64,000 bases of DNA from Octopus sinensis. Lineage: Eukaryota. The DNA is taken from positions 20,522,001 to 20,586,000 of the forward strand of contig NC_043005.1 in assembly GCF_006345805.1 (NCBI RefSeq), read 5' to 3'. Every line of letters starts with the position of its first letter. Position 1 is the stretch's first letter. This document shows positions 37,521 to 50,510 of this stretch, one piece after another. The position numbers were made by a program, and so were the translations under genes. The notes under the pieces were generated by a model. It saw nothing but the letters and a program-made list of their open reading frames with translations, searched no databases and was not told the origin of the DNA.

Positions 37521-40153
37521 TTCAAGGATTTAATGAATATTCCAATCTGACACCCTTAATTATTATAAATACAACTAATAATAATAATAATGGTTTCTAA
37601 TTTATTGACAAGGCCAGGCATTTTTGATAACAGGACTTTAATTTTTGCCACTAACATCTGTATTTGCATGTTGATATTATTTTATCAACCCCCAAATGGA
37701 TAAAAGGAAAAGTCGACTTTGGCTGGATTTGAACTCAGAAAATAAAGAATGATACAAAGGATTTCTTCCAATGTTTTAATGATTCTTTGAGTCAACAATC
37801 CTTAATTATAAACATAATGATAATGATTTCTTTTATTTGCTACCCGTGCAGTGGCTAAGGTTGATGATTCATAGACAGACATATTGTGTGATGGATTACA
37901 TAGAATCAAATAAGTATAAAGAAAATGTAAGTGCACATGGTATACATTTAAAAAGGACGATGATGATACTAGTGATGATGATGATATAATCCGGCTGATA
38001 CAGGAGCACTTCTATTTAGTGTCTAACAGGAAACCCTACAATTCACAATTACTGTGAATACTTAATGTCCTCACTGATTGTCATTCTCTGATACAGACTT
38101 GTCCCATCAACTCTTTAGCAAATTTAGCCACTTTCAAGCACTGTTCAAAGAATTCACTCAAGAACAGTATCTCCCTCATCACTCTTTCTTTTATTTACAA
38201 ATGAAACTTGACAAGACAATGAGTTAGTAATCAAACACAGTAGTCTCAGTCTTAGGACAATTTAACTTTATCCACTTTCAACTTATTTTGCTATGGCTTA
38301 AAGAATGTAACATGATTAGTGCTAGTTCCAAAATAGAATACAAACAGTATACTCTGTAAAGTTGTTGGTGAGTAAAAAGAGAGATGATAGTGTTGAGAGG
38401 ATCCTTTAATTTTGTGTGATGCTGATGCCATGATGAAATAAACATTGTACACTGTCTATAAACTGGTTGGTGTTAAGAGCATCCAGCCAAATAAACTATG
38501 CCAAACAAAACAAAAGTGAGAAGTGACCCCACAACTTTGACCATGGCTTGAAGGACAGTAACTCTGAATAAGAACTGGCACAGATGTGACAAGTTGTCCT
38601 ATGCAAGCCAGGATCGTGAAACGTGGAAATAAGGATAATACTTACTCTTTATATACATGTGTGTATATAAAGGGTAAGATCTTCCTTGGCTTATTGGGTA
38701 AACTGTTACCTTGTATAAATATGTTCCATAAAATTTTTAATTGACTCACTTTAAAATTCTTTTAGGTGTGTACCTAGTATTAAAAAAATATTAGTAGGTT
38801 GGTTCACACACGAGACAGATGCTGGATGTTCATATAGAGGCCACACCACATGGCAATTCAACAGCCACTGCATCACAGAGACACTAAAAAAATTCCAGTG
38901 GGTAGTCAAACATGTAGAAGAATGTGGGCATGATAGAACATTGTTTCAAGACCAGTTTCAGCAACCTTAAATCCTCCTTTAATATTCTCAGAAGACACAA
39001 TGTCACAGCTGTTAGGCATGTATTGTCATTGAAGGAAAGGGCCACAGATGAGAACATTAAGTCAATGTCATGGAGAAGTGCAAAGCTTATTTTAATTATG
39101 GCAGAAAATGCAGACTAAACTGAACTGAGACAGAATTATATTAAAAAAATTCTCTTCACCTGGACATGTACCAAAACTGTGGAAATGAGATTTTCATCCT
39201 GTGCCCACATGAGAGAAGGTATATGTTAGCTTACCTATGAGGTCCATCATTATCATAAATGCGAGGACTGTCATTATCAATCCTCCCATATAACATTCTG
39301 AGATTCCAGTAAATTTTGACCAAACCATAGATACACGAACACACATGTGCACCTAAAATATGATGTTAAAAATTTGGGCACCTAGCCAATTCTTTATCCA
39401 AATTTAAAACCCTTTACACACATATCAACCACCTCAAATTTGATATGTAGATACTGGCGGTATCAGGGCGTGTATAAGTCTTGAAAAAATTACAAAAATC
39501 GATTCCAGGTGAGAATGCGATCGATAAAGCCATGGGAATGTGCATTTGTATGCGCAAGTACATCAGCTGTTGTGATTGATACTACACATATGCGAGAAAA
39601 ATGCATGTGCAGTTTGCGCAAAAAAAGCCGGCTGGCTTTAGATAATACCACAAAATGCAGTATATTTAAGAGACCAAAAAAAGTAAGATGCAAAAGAGAT
39701 ATTTTCTTCAAACTTGGCATGAAGGAAGGAAAGACTATTTGGTTTCTCAAGAAGTTTTTTTTTGCCTTAACTTCATTTAACAAAGCCAAAAATTTTTTTG
39801 AAATAAAGGCATGCTTAATTATTTTTTAATGAAAAGAACTGTTTAAACCATGTTTGTGTTCTCCCAGTCAACAGCCTTATCATTACTGGTACTTTAAACA
39901 CTTCGGTTGCATATTTGTGTGAATAAAATCGTTTTTCTTTGGAATAGAAAAAAAGTCTATCTTTATTTCTTCTTTTGCTGGTGTCTCAAATTTAGGTTAA
40001 ATCAGTGTTTCTTAAAGGGGAGGCCTATGGGACAGTCGGACAAGTTGTTTTGAGAAAATTTGGTTTAAATGTTTGACAACTCAGCACCGTCCATTGAACG
40101 GTGGGTGGGGGCACGTTTTGCTCATTGATATTAATATCTGTTTTCAATTTCAG

Positions 40154-40324
40154 ATTATGAAAACATTGACTGCAGAACTCCAAGAGAAATTATTAATGCG
40201 TCGAAGTCCTACAGAACCACCACCTATAAATCAGAAGTGACTTATATTTGCCCAAAGGGAGAAAAACTAAAGTTGATATGTGAAAAGGACAGCAAATGGA
40301 CTCCAGCAGCAGCGTCTTGTAAAG
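40154..40324 (+). CDS. Exon C4, Sushi/CCP domain (xYENIDCRTPREIINASKSYRTTTYKSEVTYICPKGEKLKLICEKDSKWTPAAASCK)
   Basis: Acceptor caatttcag, donor gtaata, 171 nt. Not in the ORF track. Confidence 0.87.
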
Positions 40325-41969
40325 GTAATATAATAGCTTCTCTCTTATTGACTCTGTTTATGTAATTTTATTTTATCTTAGTGTCAAATGTCTTTGTCAA
40401 AGGAAGACTGGCTGATTCCATAATAACGTCTTTGGTGTTAATGTTTATGGCTGGCATGAGGGAAAGAGGAACCTATTCTGAGACTAAAGACCTCCCCAGA
40501 TGCTTGCAACAGAGTAGACTCCATTAATACTACCAAAGGCCCAGGTAATGCTATTAAATCGGGTAATGAATTAAGTCTGCCAGCCAGTGTAGAAACTTCT
40601 CTGCAGCAAGTTTCCACATACAATCCCTCCACGAAATTCCATAAGGCTTAGTTGTGAAGTGAATTTTTAACCATGCAGATAAAACTCCTCCCACTTCTAT
40701 GTAGTTGTTAAGTAAACTTATTTCCTCCACAGCTATACCTCAGCTCATCTTGGTGGTTTTTCTCTTAAGATCTTTCTCACTCATACTTTGTGTCATCATC
40801 TAATACTCTGTACAATATAATGTCTGATTTCTTTTTTGCTAAAACACAGCAATCCTCTGAAACAGATTTCTGATGCTCTTGTTTTCTTTCAATTTCTACT
40901 ACCCATAAGTATAGTATTATTGCTGATAATAATAATTTAGAATCTGTTTTCCATACTGGCATGGGTTGGACGTTTGACAAAATTTGGTGAGCTGTAGAGA
41001 TATGTCAGACTCCAGGGCTAGTTTTGTCATGGCTTCTATGGCAGGAAGCCCTTACCAATCCCAACCACTTTACAATATGTACTGTTTTTTTTTTTTTTTT
41101 TCATTAGCACTAGTGAGGTCACCAAGTAATGTGCAAAACAAAATAATAAAAGGAGAAGAGAAAAGCCCCCTTGGCTGAGTGGGACTGTATTTGAGAGGCA
41201 GAATTAGCCTTTTGCCTGGTGTTGAAAGCTAAATATGATTGAGGCACAAGCATTATAAGGGGCAATCCTGCATTATGCAGGGCAGGGAAGGGACATCAAA
41301 ATGATGTTGACAGAGCACCAGATGATACTCTTATGATACAAGGAAGTGAGTATAAGTGAGAACATGGACTGTGGATCAGGAGGCAAGGAAAAAGTGGGTA
41401 ATTTCATAAGTGTGTGGAGAAGAGTAACAGATGGTTAAAAATTGGGCTCAAGGTGAATGTAGTGAGTGATGAGAAAAAGTGAAGCAGAGGTTGATAGTAA
41501 ATATCAGTATACAGTTGGAAGGGAGAGACAGAAGTGGCTTAGGAAGGAAGAGGTGACAAGCAGTAGCACAGGAAGTTTGGAGTGCAGCAGTATCATATAA
41601 CTGTGGATAGAATGAAAAGTAAGGAAATGATACACAGTGTGTGAAATTTGAGGGTGATGAATTGTTGAAGACATAAGGGTCAAAGGTATATGGGAATTGC
41701 TATATTGAGTAGAGCAACATACACAGGGGCAAACATTGCTAGCAGATATAAGAATGATAACAGGTAGAAGTGTTAAAGATGAAGTATGGTAGACCTAGAT
41801 GTCCTCTCTAGTTATTGTTCAATGGCCTACAGATTTATTCACTGTGTTCCCCATCCACTCAAGCCAATTTTGCCACTCTCAACCTGCTTTCAATAATTTC
41901 CCTTGAAGACAGCACCTCTTTCTCCATCCCCACATTCTTTGCAAGTGAAATTTTAAATTGTAGATGAAG

Positions 41970-42860
41970 GATTGCCTAAAAAGGAAAGTCACTGCTGTCT
42001 GACCTTTTGACTTCATCAACTACACAACCTTTTTGCTATAGCTATCAGAGAAAAACTTTCTCTACCTGGTTAAAGGAGGGTGTGGGGCAATCACTGCTGG
42101 ATTCATCTGATAGCTAGATCTATGTCGCACTCAACAGTGGTTCCACAAATCAGCAATGCATGGATGATGGACAAGTTCATGTAAAATGATTTCATGTTAT
42201 TGCATGCATCTCTGACAGGCTTGTCTGATGGAACTTCCAAAACAATAGATTTATTTGGATTAGGAGAGCACTTTGGTAGTTGTCCATAATATTCTCTGAA
42301 CAGCATATACCCCAAAACAAGCTTCCAATTCATTTTCATTGATGCTCTGAGTAACCCTAAGTAGGTCAGTGCTCTCTCTCTCTCCATCTACTAATCTTCA
42401 ATAGATTATGAGAATGGAACATCAATCAGTTCCATTGCTCAGGTCAGTTTTGATCCACCATACTATGTCCTCTGAAATATTTAAGTTTACAGAAGATAAT
42501 CTGGCCTTTTGGTTTTGGAAGATAGTAGGGTGTAATTGGGGGTGATTTTGTTAATATTTCTAACATGTTGAGTGTCCAGATAGGGACTTCAAAAGTGGCT
42601 GGTTCACAGTAAACATTGAATTTAGTATTGCACACTAACAACATTGACACGGTTTATCCTCTGGTATAATCTGTTACCTGGCTCTTTTGATGGTCATGGT
42701 GATGGTGGAAGATAATACATGGTCCAATGTTAATATATTTATTACTACTAACACTCACATTGATGTACAGATGCTCAGATTGGGCATAGAATGCATAAAT
42801 GTCACAAGTAAAGGAGGGAGGGTTGCCTGAGAATTTCATGACATCACTGTTTTAGCTGTA
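41970..42860 (-). mobile_element. L1/Tx1-like relic in intron C4-B3, paralogous to 26580-27520
   Basis: IIHALLICGT corresponds to the zinc-finger segment ILHALVQCPT. Colinear with the C2-B2 intron. Confidence 0.5.
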
Positions 42861-43699
42861 ACTAGCTTCCTAAAGTAATGAGATTGTGTGATATTCATGT
42901 GTTTCTCTAGAGCATTAAGCAAACTTTGTCTGAGAATCATACTCAGGTCATTGATTCACACCATTCAGTCCATATCCTTACTATATATTTATTTCTTTAT
43001 TGCCCACAGGAGGCTAAACATAGAGGGGACAAACAAGGACAAAGGGATTAAGTTGATTACATCGACTCCAGTGCATAACTGGTACTTATTTGATCCACCT
43101 TGAAAGGATGAAAGACAAGGTCAACCTCAGCAAAATTTGAACTCAGAACGTAACGGCAGACGAAATACTGCTAAGCATTTCACCCGGCATGCTAACGATT
43201 CTTATTTCTTTACTGCCCACTAGAGGCTACACAGAGGGGACAAACAAGGACAAATGGATCAACAGAAGACAGAATATATGAGAATTTATCATTAATCACA
43301 ACAATTGTTTCAACAGATCTAGCATCGATCCCTCATGAGTGGACACTCAGCAACTGGTTCAGAAGCATCCAGCAATGCAGATGTATCTCGTTGGGTGACA
43401 AATACAATTCATTGAAATAACAGTTCCGCAGTGTAACTTGTTTTCTAGAAAGAAAAGCAGCCAGATGGAGGAAATATCTTCACTTATATAGAAGATCAAA
43501 AATAAAATCACAGATGGAAAAAAGAGATACGAACACGCAATCCAGTAGGAAAAGTATTAAAAAATAACCGTTAACAAACATAGATGTATCAACGCTCTTG
43601 GACAAGCTGCAGGGCGCGAGTACACTCGCTTATACAAGCATCTGCGAAAATGTGAGCATATGCACACTTGAGGTTTGGTGCACTCATGATCACAAAGCG

Positions 43700-44050
43700 A
43701 GTTAACTATCTACTTGGTGTTTGTAAAAATGGGGAAGTTAAAAGGAAATTTAAGTCATCCATACTTTAATGTAGCACATTTATATGCATGTAGGCATTTC
43801 GAGAGTTGTTTAAAAATTCTGTTAATGATCTTCTCATTAGTTCACAAAATAAACAGGGATTCCTGAGAGCAGAACGGCATCTCCTGGTAATTATACTGTA
43901 TGGTTTTGCGTGCCTTACTACGGACCAAGTTATGCTGTACTTCATTTTATCCTGCTTCAGTCGCCATACAAAATCTGCCAAAATGTTGAATGTCTCTTAT
44001 TGATTGTCTTAAAGCTGGCAACATGGTTATAATAACGATTTTTAAATGAA
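43700..44050 (-). mobile_element. Penelope-like GIY-YIG C-terminal relic
   Basis: ORF 43766-43981 FVWRLKQDKMKYSITWSVVRHAKPYSIITRRC matches PLE VW.LK...Y.I.WSI...A.PY...C. Confidence 0.6.
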
Positions 44051-44379
44051 TCAGCCGATTGTAATGCATAAACATCATTTCATACTAATACAGCACATAT
44101 GTTCAAATGCTTGCGCGGTGTTGTGAAATTTCAAGAAATCTTTTGTCGACTTGGTTTTATAACAGCCTAAACAATATCTAATTTTCCATCAAAATCTCGT
44201 TACACATATGTACATAAATACATAGATATATGCAATACATACATACCAGCACAATACACATATGTAACTTTTAGAACTCTAAGAAAAATGGAGGTGTAAG
44301 GAATGTGCAACTTTAAGACAGAAGTGGTTGGTTGGTAAGCTTGCAATAGTTGTTCATATGCAGCGTTTCTGCTGTCCAG

Positions 44380-44945
44380 GCTAACTGGGAAGATAGTTTT
44401 TATATGTGGCAGATGCTCGGGAGCAATAAACACTGGAAATGCACAGAGAACAACTTCTGCCACATTCCAGAAATAAAAACTAGAAGTAGTTGATAGCTTC
44501 TGTTACCTAGGTGACCAAGTCAGTAGCGGGGGAGGGTGCACTGAAAGTGTAGTTGCTAGAATAAGAATAGCTTGGGCAAAGTTCAGAGAGTTCTTACCTC
44601 TGCTGGGGACAAAGGGCCTCTCGCTCAGAGTAAAAAGTAGACTGTATGATGCTTGTGTATGAACAGCCATGCTACATGGTAGTGAAACATGGGCTGTGAC
44701 TGCTGAGGACATGCATAAGCTCACAAGGAATGAAGTCAGTATGATCCAATGGATGTGTAATTTCAAAGAATCTTGAGAGAAAAGTTGGACCTAAGAAGCA
44801 TCAGATGTGGTGTGCAAGAGAGACGACTTCACTGTGATGAGAATGGATGAGGATAGCTGTGTGAAAAAGTGCCACACCCTAGCGGTTGAGAGAACCTGTG
44901 TAAGAGGTAGATCCAGGAAAACCTGTTATGAATTGGTGAAGCACG
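44380..44945 (+). mobile_element. RTE LINE 3' fragment
   Basis: KLEVVDSFCYLGDQVSSGGGCTESVVARIRIAWAKFREFLPLL...LYDACV*TAMLHGSETWAVT; same family as 59330-61370. Confidence 0.85.
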
Positions 44946-45458
44946 AAAAAAGACTGCAAAATCTGTAAAGTGATGAGTTTGTCATGATTAACCATATTCA
45001 GTTACATCCTTTTACAATTTTGGTTAAAATACCAAGATGCATTCTGCTTTTCATACTTCTAAAGTTGATAAAACAAGCTCAATTCAAGTACTGAAGTTGA
45101 TTTATTTTTCTCTATTGTCTCAGCAGAATGTGTGGTTATGTGCATATATGTTAGGAACCATTATTATTAGTATTGTTAACTTCAACAATAATTACTCATC
45201 TTAAGTTTGATGGATTGACAGATCATTCAAGCATCAGACAAAATATGTTGTGGTATTTGTTCTGGCTCTTTAACCTTTGTGTTCAAATCTTGCTAATGCA
45301 AACTTTGCCCATCCAGGGTCAATAAAATACAATGCCAGTCAAGTTTAGGGGCCAGTTTAATTGACCAACTCTTACCGCAAAGTTTTGCCCTTCATTCTAT
45401 TGGAAATTGTTATCATTATTGTTATTTTTCATCCGTCTAAATTTTACTTCAATTCTAG

Positions 45459-45695
45459 ATTCTCAGATCCATTTTGTGAAAGTAGCAAATGCAATTCTGG
45501 ATGTAAAAGGGAAAACATTATGGAATAAGAAAAAAGTAACAGCAGATGCATGTGCTGAAAAATGTTTGTCTGATAAAAATTGTTTATCATTTGAAATAAC
45601 TAAAGGAAGTGGAAACTGTTACTTATCAAAGCAAACTGCAGCTTCCTCAAAATTAAAGGGAAGCACAGACAGAGATTACTATCAACGACTACAAG
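45459..45695 (+). CDS. Exon B3, PAN/apple-like domain (xSQIHFVKVANAILDVKGKTLWNKKKVTADACAEKCLSDKNCLSFEITKGSGNCYLSKQTAASSKLKGSTDRDYYQRLQ)
   Basis: Acceptor aattctag, donor gtaatt, 237 nt (an in-frame one-codon deletion relative to other B exons). Confidence 0.9.
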
Positions 45696-47880
45696 GTAAT
45701 TATTTTTGTATTTCATTATTAGATTCCTTTCTTCTCTTTTTCTGAAATTTATAATTTCACCTGTACTGGGAGAAGTTGGGTTGATGAGAACCTGGTATGT
45801 TCTTGTAAACATTTAGAATGCCATTGTTCATGTTAACATCTGAAATCTTAAATGCTTGTAGCAGTTGGTGAAATCCAGTCAGCAATAGGCACTGTATTCC
45901 CTTGCATATAGGCTAACTCTGATGTGTGTAAAGTTATATCAATCGGATTGTTACCTAACACTCCATTGTATTCTTTATGCAAAACTATTTGGTAAGATCA
46001 GCCATGATGGATATTTAATACTATACATTTTGGATAAAATATATATCATGGCTATTATACAAAAGTGTTTTAAGTTCAAAATGTTGCCTTCTCAGAAAAC
46101 AAAAAAATAGTTTCACCATTCCATTTGTCTTTACATTAGCAACAGTTTCAGCTTAACAATAATTCTTTGTTGGATGCATAAAATTGTATGCATGTATGAT
46201 ATTTTCAGTCAGAAATATTTTTGCAAAACTGTTGTATGTGGGACTTACTACACTTTTGAAAATACTAAACTGTTGTACTACACTTTGATAATTTTCATAT
46301 CTTGGCATCTGAAACAACTGGAGATATGATAGTTTGACCAAAGAACTGGTTATTGCGAGCAAAATTAAGGTATTGAAAAAAACATTTGACCAGAGTTGGA
46401 CATACGACAGCTTAACATAATCGTAATGATATATATATATATATGTATTTGTTTTGCAAGATTTTTGATGTGAAGTCGTGTGTTGAAACAGATACAAAAC
46501 AAAAACAAAATCAAATTACATGAACGTATATAAACAGGAGATACAAATATTGCAGGCATTTCAGCACACACACACACTAACTAAACATAGACGCACAGAG
46601 AGGTATACGCATGTGCAAATGAAGACACATACAATAGGAATACAAAATGGCTGACCGTTAGTAAGGAGAGACACACAAATAAGAAAGAAGAAAGCAAAGG
46701 ATCAATGATGCGGCCACAGGAGTGTGATGAAAGAACTCTGGCCGAAATAAGATTAAGATTAATGTAAAAAATAAATAATGCTGAAGCAAAGTAACACCAA
46801 ATATATAGTGCATGTGTTTTTATTGGCTAAACTGGCAAAATGACCATTCCTTAATACAACAATATATATATATAATTATATATATATATAAAATGTAACT
46901 TAGATTCAGTAGAGTTAGGTACTTTGAGACACCTTGTTGGGATGAACTAATTTGTACACTCAGACAGTATTAGGTGAGTATCAAACTCTACATAGAATTT
47001 TTTCCACCTTAGTGAATAAATTTGCTCTTGTTCAGATATTTACTTTATATAAAGATACTTTCCAAATACTTCTGAAGTGCAGATTTCAGGGTAGGTGAGT
47101 AAAATATAAATGAGTTACAATGATGTGTCAGTGTCAATTCATTATAGCTGTTTCAAACATCTCCTTCAATTGATCAATGAAAGCATTACATCATTACAAA
47201 GAGAACCGTTCTCATCAATTGACCGCATAGACTTCAAGCATAAAAGATAAGTTAGATTTTTAGACATATTCAATATCATCAATAGAGAGCAAATATTTAC
47301 AATGATGCCACTGCTAAATTTTTTGGCAGAATGAGAAAAATGAAAAAGGACAGTATAGACACACACAAACTTGAGAATTAGCATGGGCTAGAGCTGCAGG
47401 GAATTTCAAATAACTAAGTGGATACTGTATAATCTAAAATTTCATAATAAAAGATTGCAGCAAATAACAAATTTTATGAAAAAGTTAAAAAGTTATAAAT
47501 TACCACCAGATTTTTATGCTATAAAACTTGAAAAAAAAACGAAGAAATAAACATAAAAAATAAAAAATGTGAAGAAATATAAGTATAAAATATAATATAG
47601 AAGAATATAAAAAGTATATAGAATATACATCTGAATACATGAAAAAATAAACATAAAATATATAATCTGTAATAAAAATATAATTTTAAGTTCACAGTAT
47701 ACAATGGGATCTATGTAAAAAGATTTAACCTATCAAAGCAATTAATAAAACGCACAAAAATTATGAAAATATATGAAGAGTATATAAAATCTTAAGACAT
47801 ATAAGGATATAAGATTTATAAAATATATAAGGAAATATAAGAAATTTCTGAAAGAAGAATTACAATCAAAACCATAAAAA

Positions 47881-48471
47881 AACACGATTTCTAGTTAACT
47901 AAACACTTTTAAACTTCGTATACTGGTAGAATGTGTCAAAATAAAACATTTTTCTCTTGGCTTTCTTGAGAAAATTGTAATTTGTAAGTTTAACGTAGTT
48001 TAATTTTTCGAATTTTAACCAATCACTTGCCTCTTTTGAGCTAAAATCATTTGCTGCGTCTAAAACTGAGACAACATCCTGTCACTAACCCTAACTCTAA
48101 CTCTAACCCTAAATTTTAGCCTTTCGTTTTTTTATTAATTGTTAAATTAAAATTATTTTCCATTGCTTTCGTTTTAGCCTTTCATTTTTTTCTTAATTGT
48201 TATCCTTAAATTAATTTAACAATTAAGAAAAAAAAAACGAAAGGCTAAAATTTAGGGTTAGGGTTAGTGACAGGATGTTGTCTGTTTTAGACGCAGCAAA
48301 TGATTTTAGCTCAAAAGAGGCGATAGGATTGGTTAAAATTCGAAAAATTAAACTACGTTAAACTTACAAATTACAATTTTCTCAAGAAAGCCAAGAGAAA
48401 AAATGTTTTATTTTGACACATTCTACCAGTATACGAAGTTTAAAAGTGTTTAGTTAACTAGAAATTGTGTT
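47881..48471. repeat. ~590 bp near-perfect palindromic (foldback) element with short TAACCC/GGGTTA tracts
   Basis: The arms (~47881-48140 and ~48215-48471) are almost exact reverse complements, including ctaaccctaac and gttagggttagggttag. Confidence 0.9.
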
Positions 48472-48474
48472 GAA

Positions 48475-50510
48475 AACTGCTGTTCAAAAGGAAAAGATCC
48501 ATTTTTGCTGCCACTGCTGGACATCAGTTCCACTCTCTTTTGGCTTCTTTCCCAGAGCTCGTAGATCCAACTTTCAAATCAGTGAAAGTCACACACTCAA
48601 CTCACCATTATATCACTACTTCTGGACCACCTGTTTTTTCGCGTCCATGGCGACTTGCTCCTGATTGGCTCAAAAAGGATCGATCTGAGTTTGAGCATAA
48701 GCTTCAACTTGGCCTTATTCTCCCCTCCGCCAGCCCTTGGGCATCTCCTCTTCATTTGGCATGGAAAGGGGATTCAGAATTTCGACCGGTGGGGGATTAC
48801 AAACGTTTGAATGCGGTCACTGTTCCCAATCACTATCCGATAAGAAATCTCCAGGATTTTTCTTCAAACTTGCATGGTTGTACTATTTTTCCCCTAGGTT
48901 GAGCTCATCCAGGCTTATCAAATTCTGATGAACCCTGACGACATTCCAAAAACTGCTGTTACCATCCCTTTTGGAAGTTTCGAGTTCCTGTTTACGAGCT
49001 TCAGTTTGTGGAATGCAATGAGTACATTCAAGAGGTTTATTGATGCAGTTATCCATGGACTTGACTGTGTGTTCACTTACGTGGATGATTTGCTCATAGC
49101 TAGCAATACGTGAAAATCACCTCCAACATTTATCTCAACTTTTTCAGTGTCTTCGTACCTACAATGTGTGAATCAACACCGAATTTCTAGGTCATTATAT
49201 TGACTCTAATGGTATCCGACCTCCCTCCCTCCTCCAAAATCAATGCAATTCAACGCATCTCTCCTCCCACTTCTTTACGCCAACTGCGTCATTTCTTGGG
49301 AATCATCAACTTCTACAGGAGATTCATACTTAAATGTGCAGACAAATTACTTCCCTTGCCTCAACTATTAAAAGCAAATAAAAAAAAATTCTATCATTTT
49401 ATCTGTCGAGGCATTATCTTCTTTTGAGTCAATCAAGAAGGAAAAAGCTTCTGTTCCTTTGCTTGCACATCTGGTTCTTGATGCTCATCTCTCTTTAACA
49501 GTTGATGCATCGGATTCTGTGGTCGGTGTTGTTTTACAACATACAGTCGATAATCAAATTCGACCTTTGGCATACCTTTCTCGTCAATTAAAGCCAGCTG
49601 AATGTTGTTACAGTACGTTTGATTGTGAACTCTTAACAATCTACCCATCAGTTTGTCATTTTCAATATCAGCTCGAGGGCTGAGATTTTGTGATTTATAC
49701 TGATCACAGGCCTCTTACGTTTGCTCTGTCATCTAAATCGGACAGATACTCGCCTCATGCTTTTCGTCACCTGGACTACATTTCCCAGTTCAAGAGTAAC
49801 ATTCGGCATATACCTGGAACAGAGAACATACCTGATGACGCACTCTCTTGTCTCCCTGTGTGTTCTCTTTCATCTCCTGCAATTGATTTAACTGCCATTG
49901 TGCAGGATCAGCCAGCTCTGGACACATTGGATCTAACTTCTACCAAGTTGTCCTGTTGCATGTTTGCCTATCTTCCACTTCCGTCTGCTGAAGGCACAAT
50001 CCTTTGTGACACAGACACTGGTTCTCCCAGGCCGTTTGTACCTATGAACCACCAGTGTTCTATTTTTAATGCCTTGCATTCACTGTCACATCCTGGCAGT
50101 GCTGCCTTGGTGAAGCTTCTTAAGGTTCAGTTTTTCTGGCCTAATATGCACTGGATGATCACCACTAGGGCATGCTCTTGTGTGAAATGCCAGCATTCTA
50201 AAATCCACAGGCACATTCGTGCTCCTCTTCGACAGTTTTCTCCGCCGGAGACTCGCTTTCACCATGTCCACATTGATCTGGTTGGGCCATGGCCTGTCAG
50301 TCGCGGTTTCTCTTACATATTAACATGTGTCAATTGTTTCTCTCATTGGCCTGAAGCCATTCCAATAGTGGACATTTCCACTGAGTCAGTTGCTTGAGCT
50401 TTCGTTTCTAATTGGATTGCACATTTTGGTGTTCCAGCTAAGATAACCAATGACCATGAACGCCAGTTCGAAGCTTCCTTATTTTGTGAATTATCACAAA
50501 ATGATCTCAG
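48475..50510 (+). mobile_element. Ty3/gypsy LTR-retrotransposon pol relic (RT-RNase H-integrase), no LTRs seen
   Basis: SPWASPLHL...FRPVGDYKRLNAVT..YPI, YVDDLLIAS, TVDASDSVVGVVLQ, IYTDHRPL, HSLSHPG...C-x2-C, HVHIDLVGP. The domain order is gypsy-type. Multiple stops and frameshifts. Confidence 0.93.

Noticed and set aside
38700-40100. Possible DNA-transposon remnants and ORFs 38924-39118, 39490-39829
   Set aside because: No motif I can assign with confidence, no splice-bounded Cys-pattern exon, and no hidden B or A exon detected by eye.
46720-46750. tgatgaaagaactctggccgaaa as a hammerhead core
   Set aside because: No C3 and no stem II pairing.
48081-48270. Interstitial telomere or chromosome-fusion scar
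   Set aside because: Only 2-4 imperfect units, embedded symmetrically in a foldback element.
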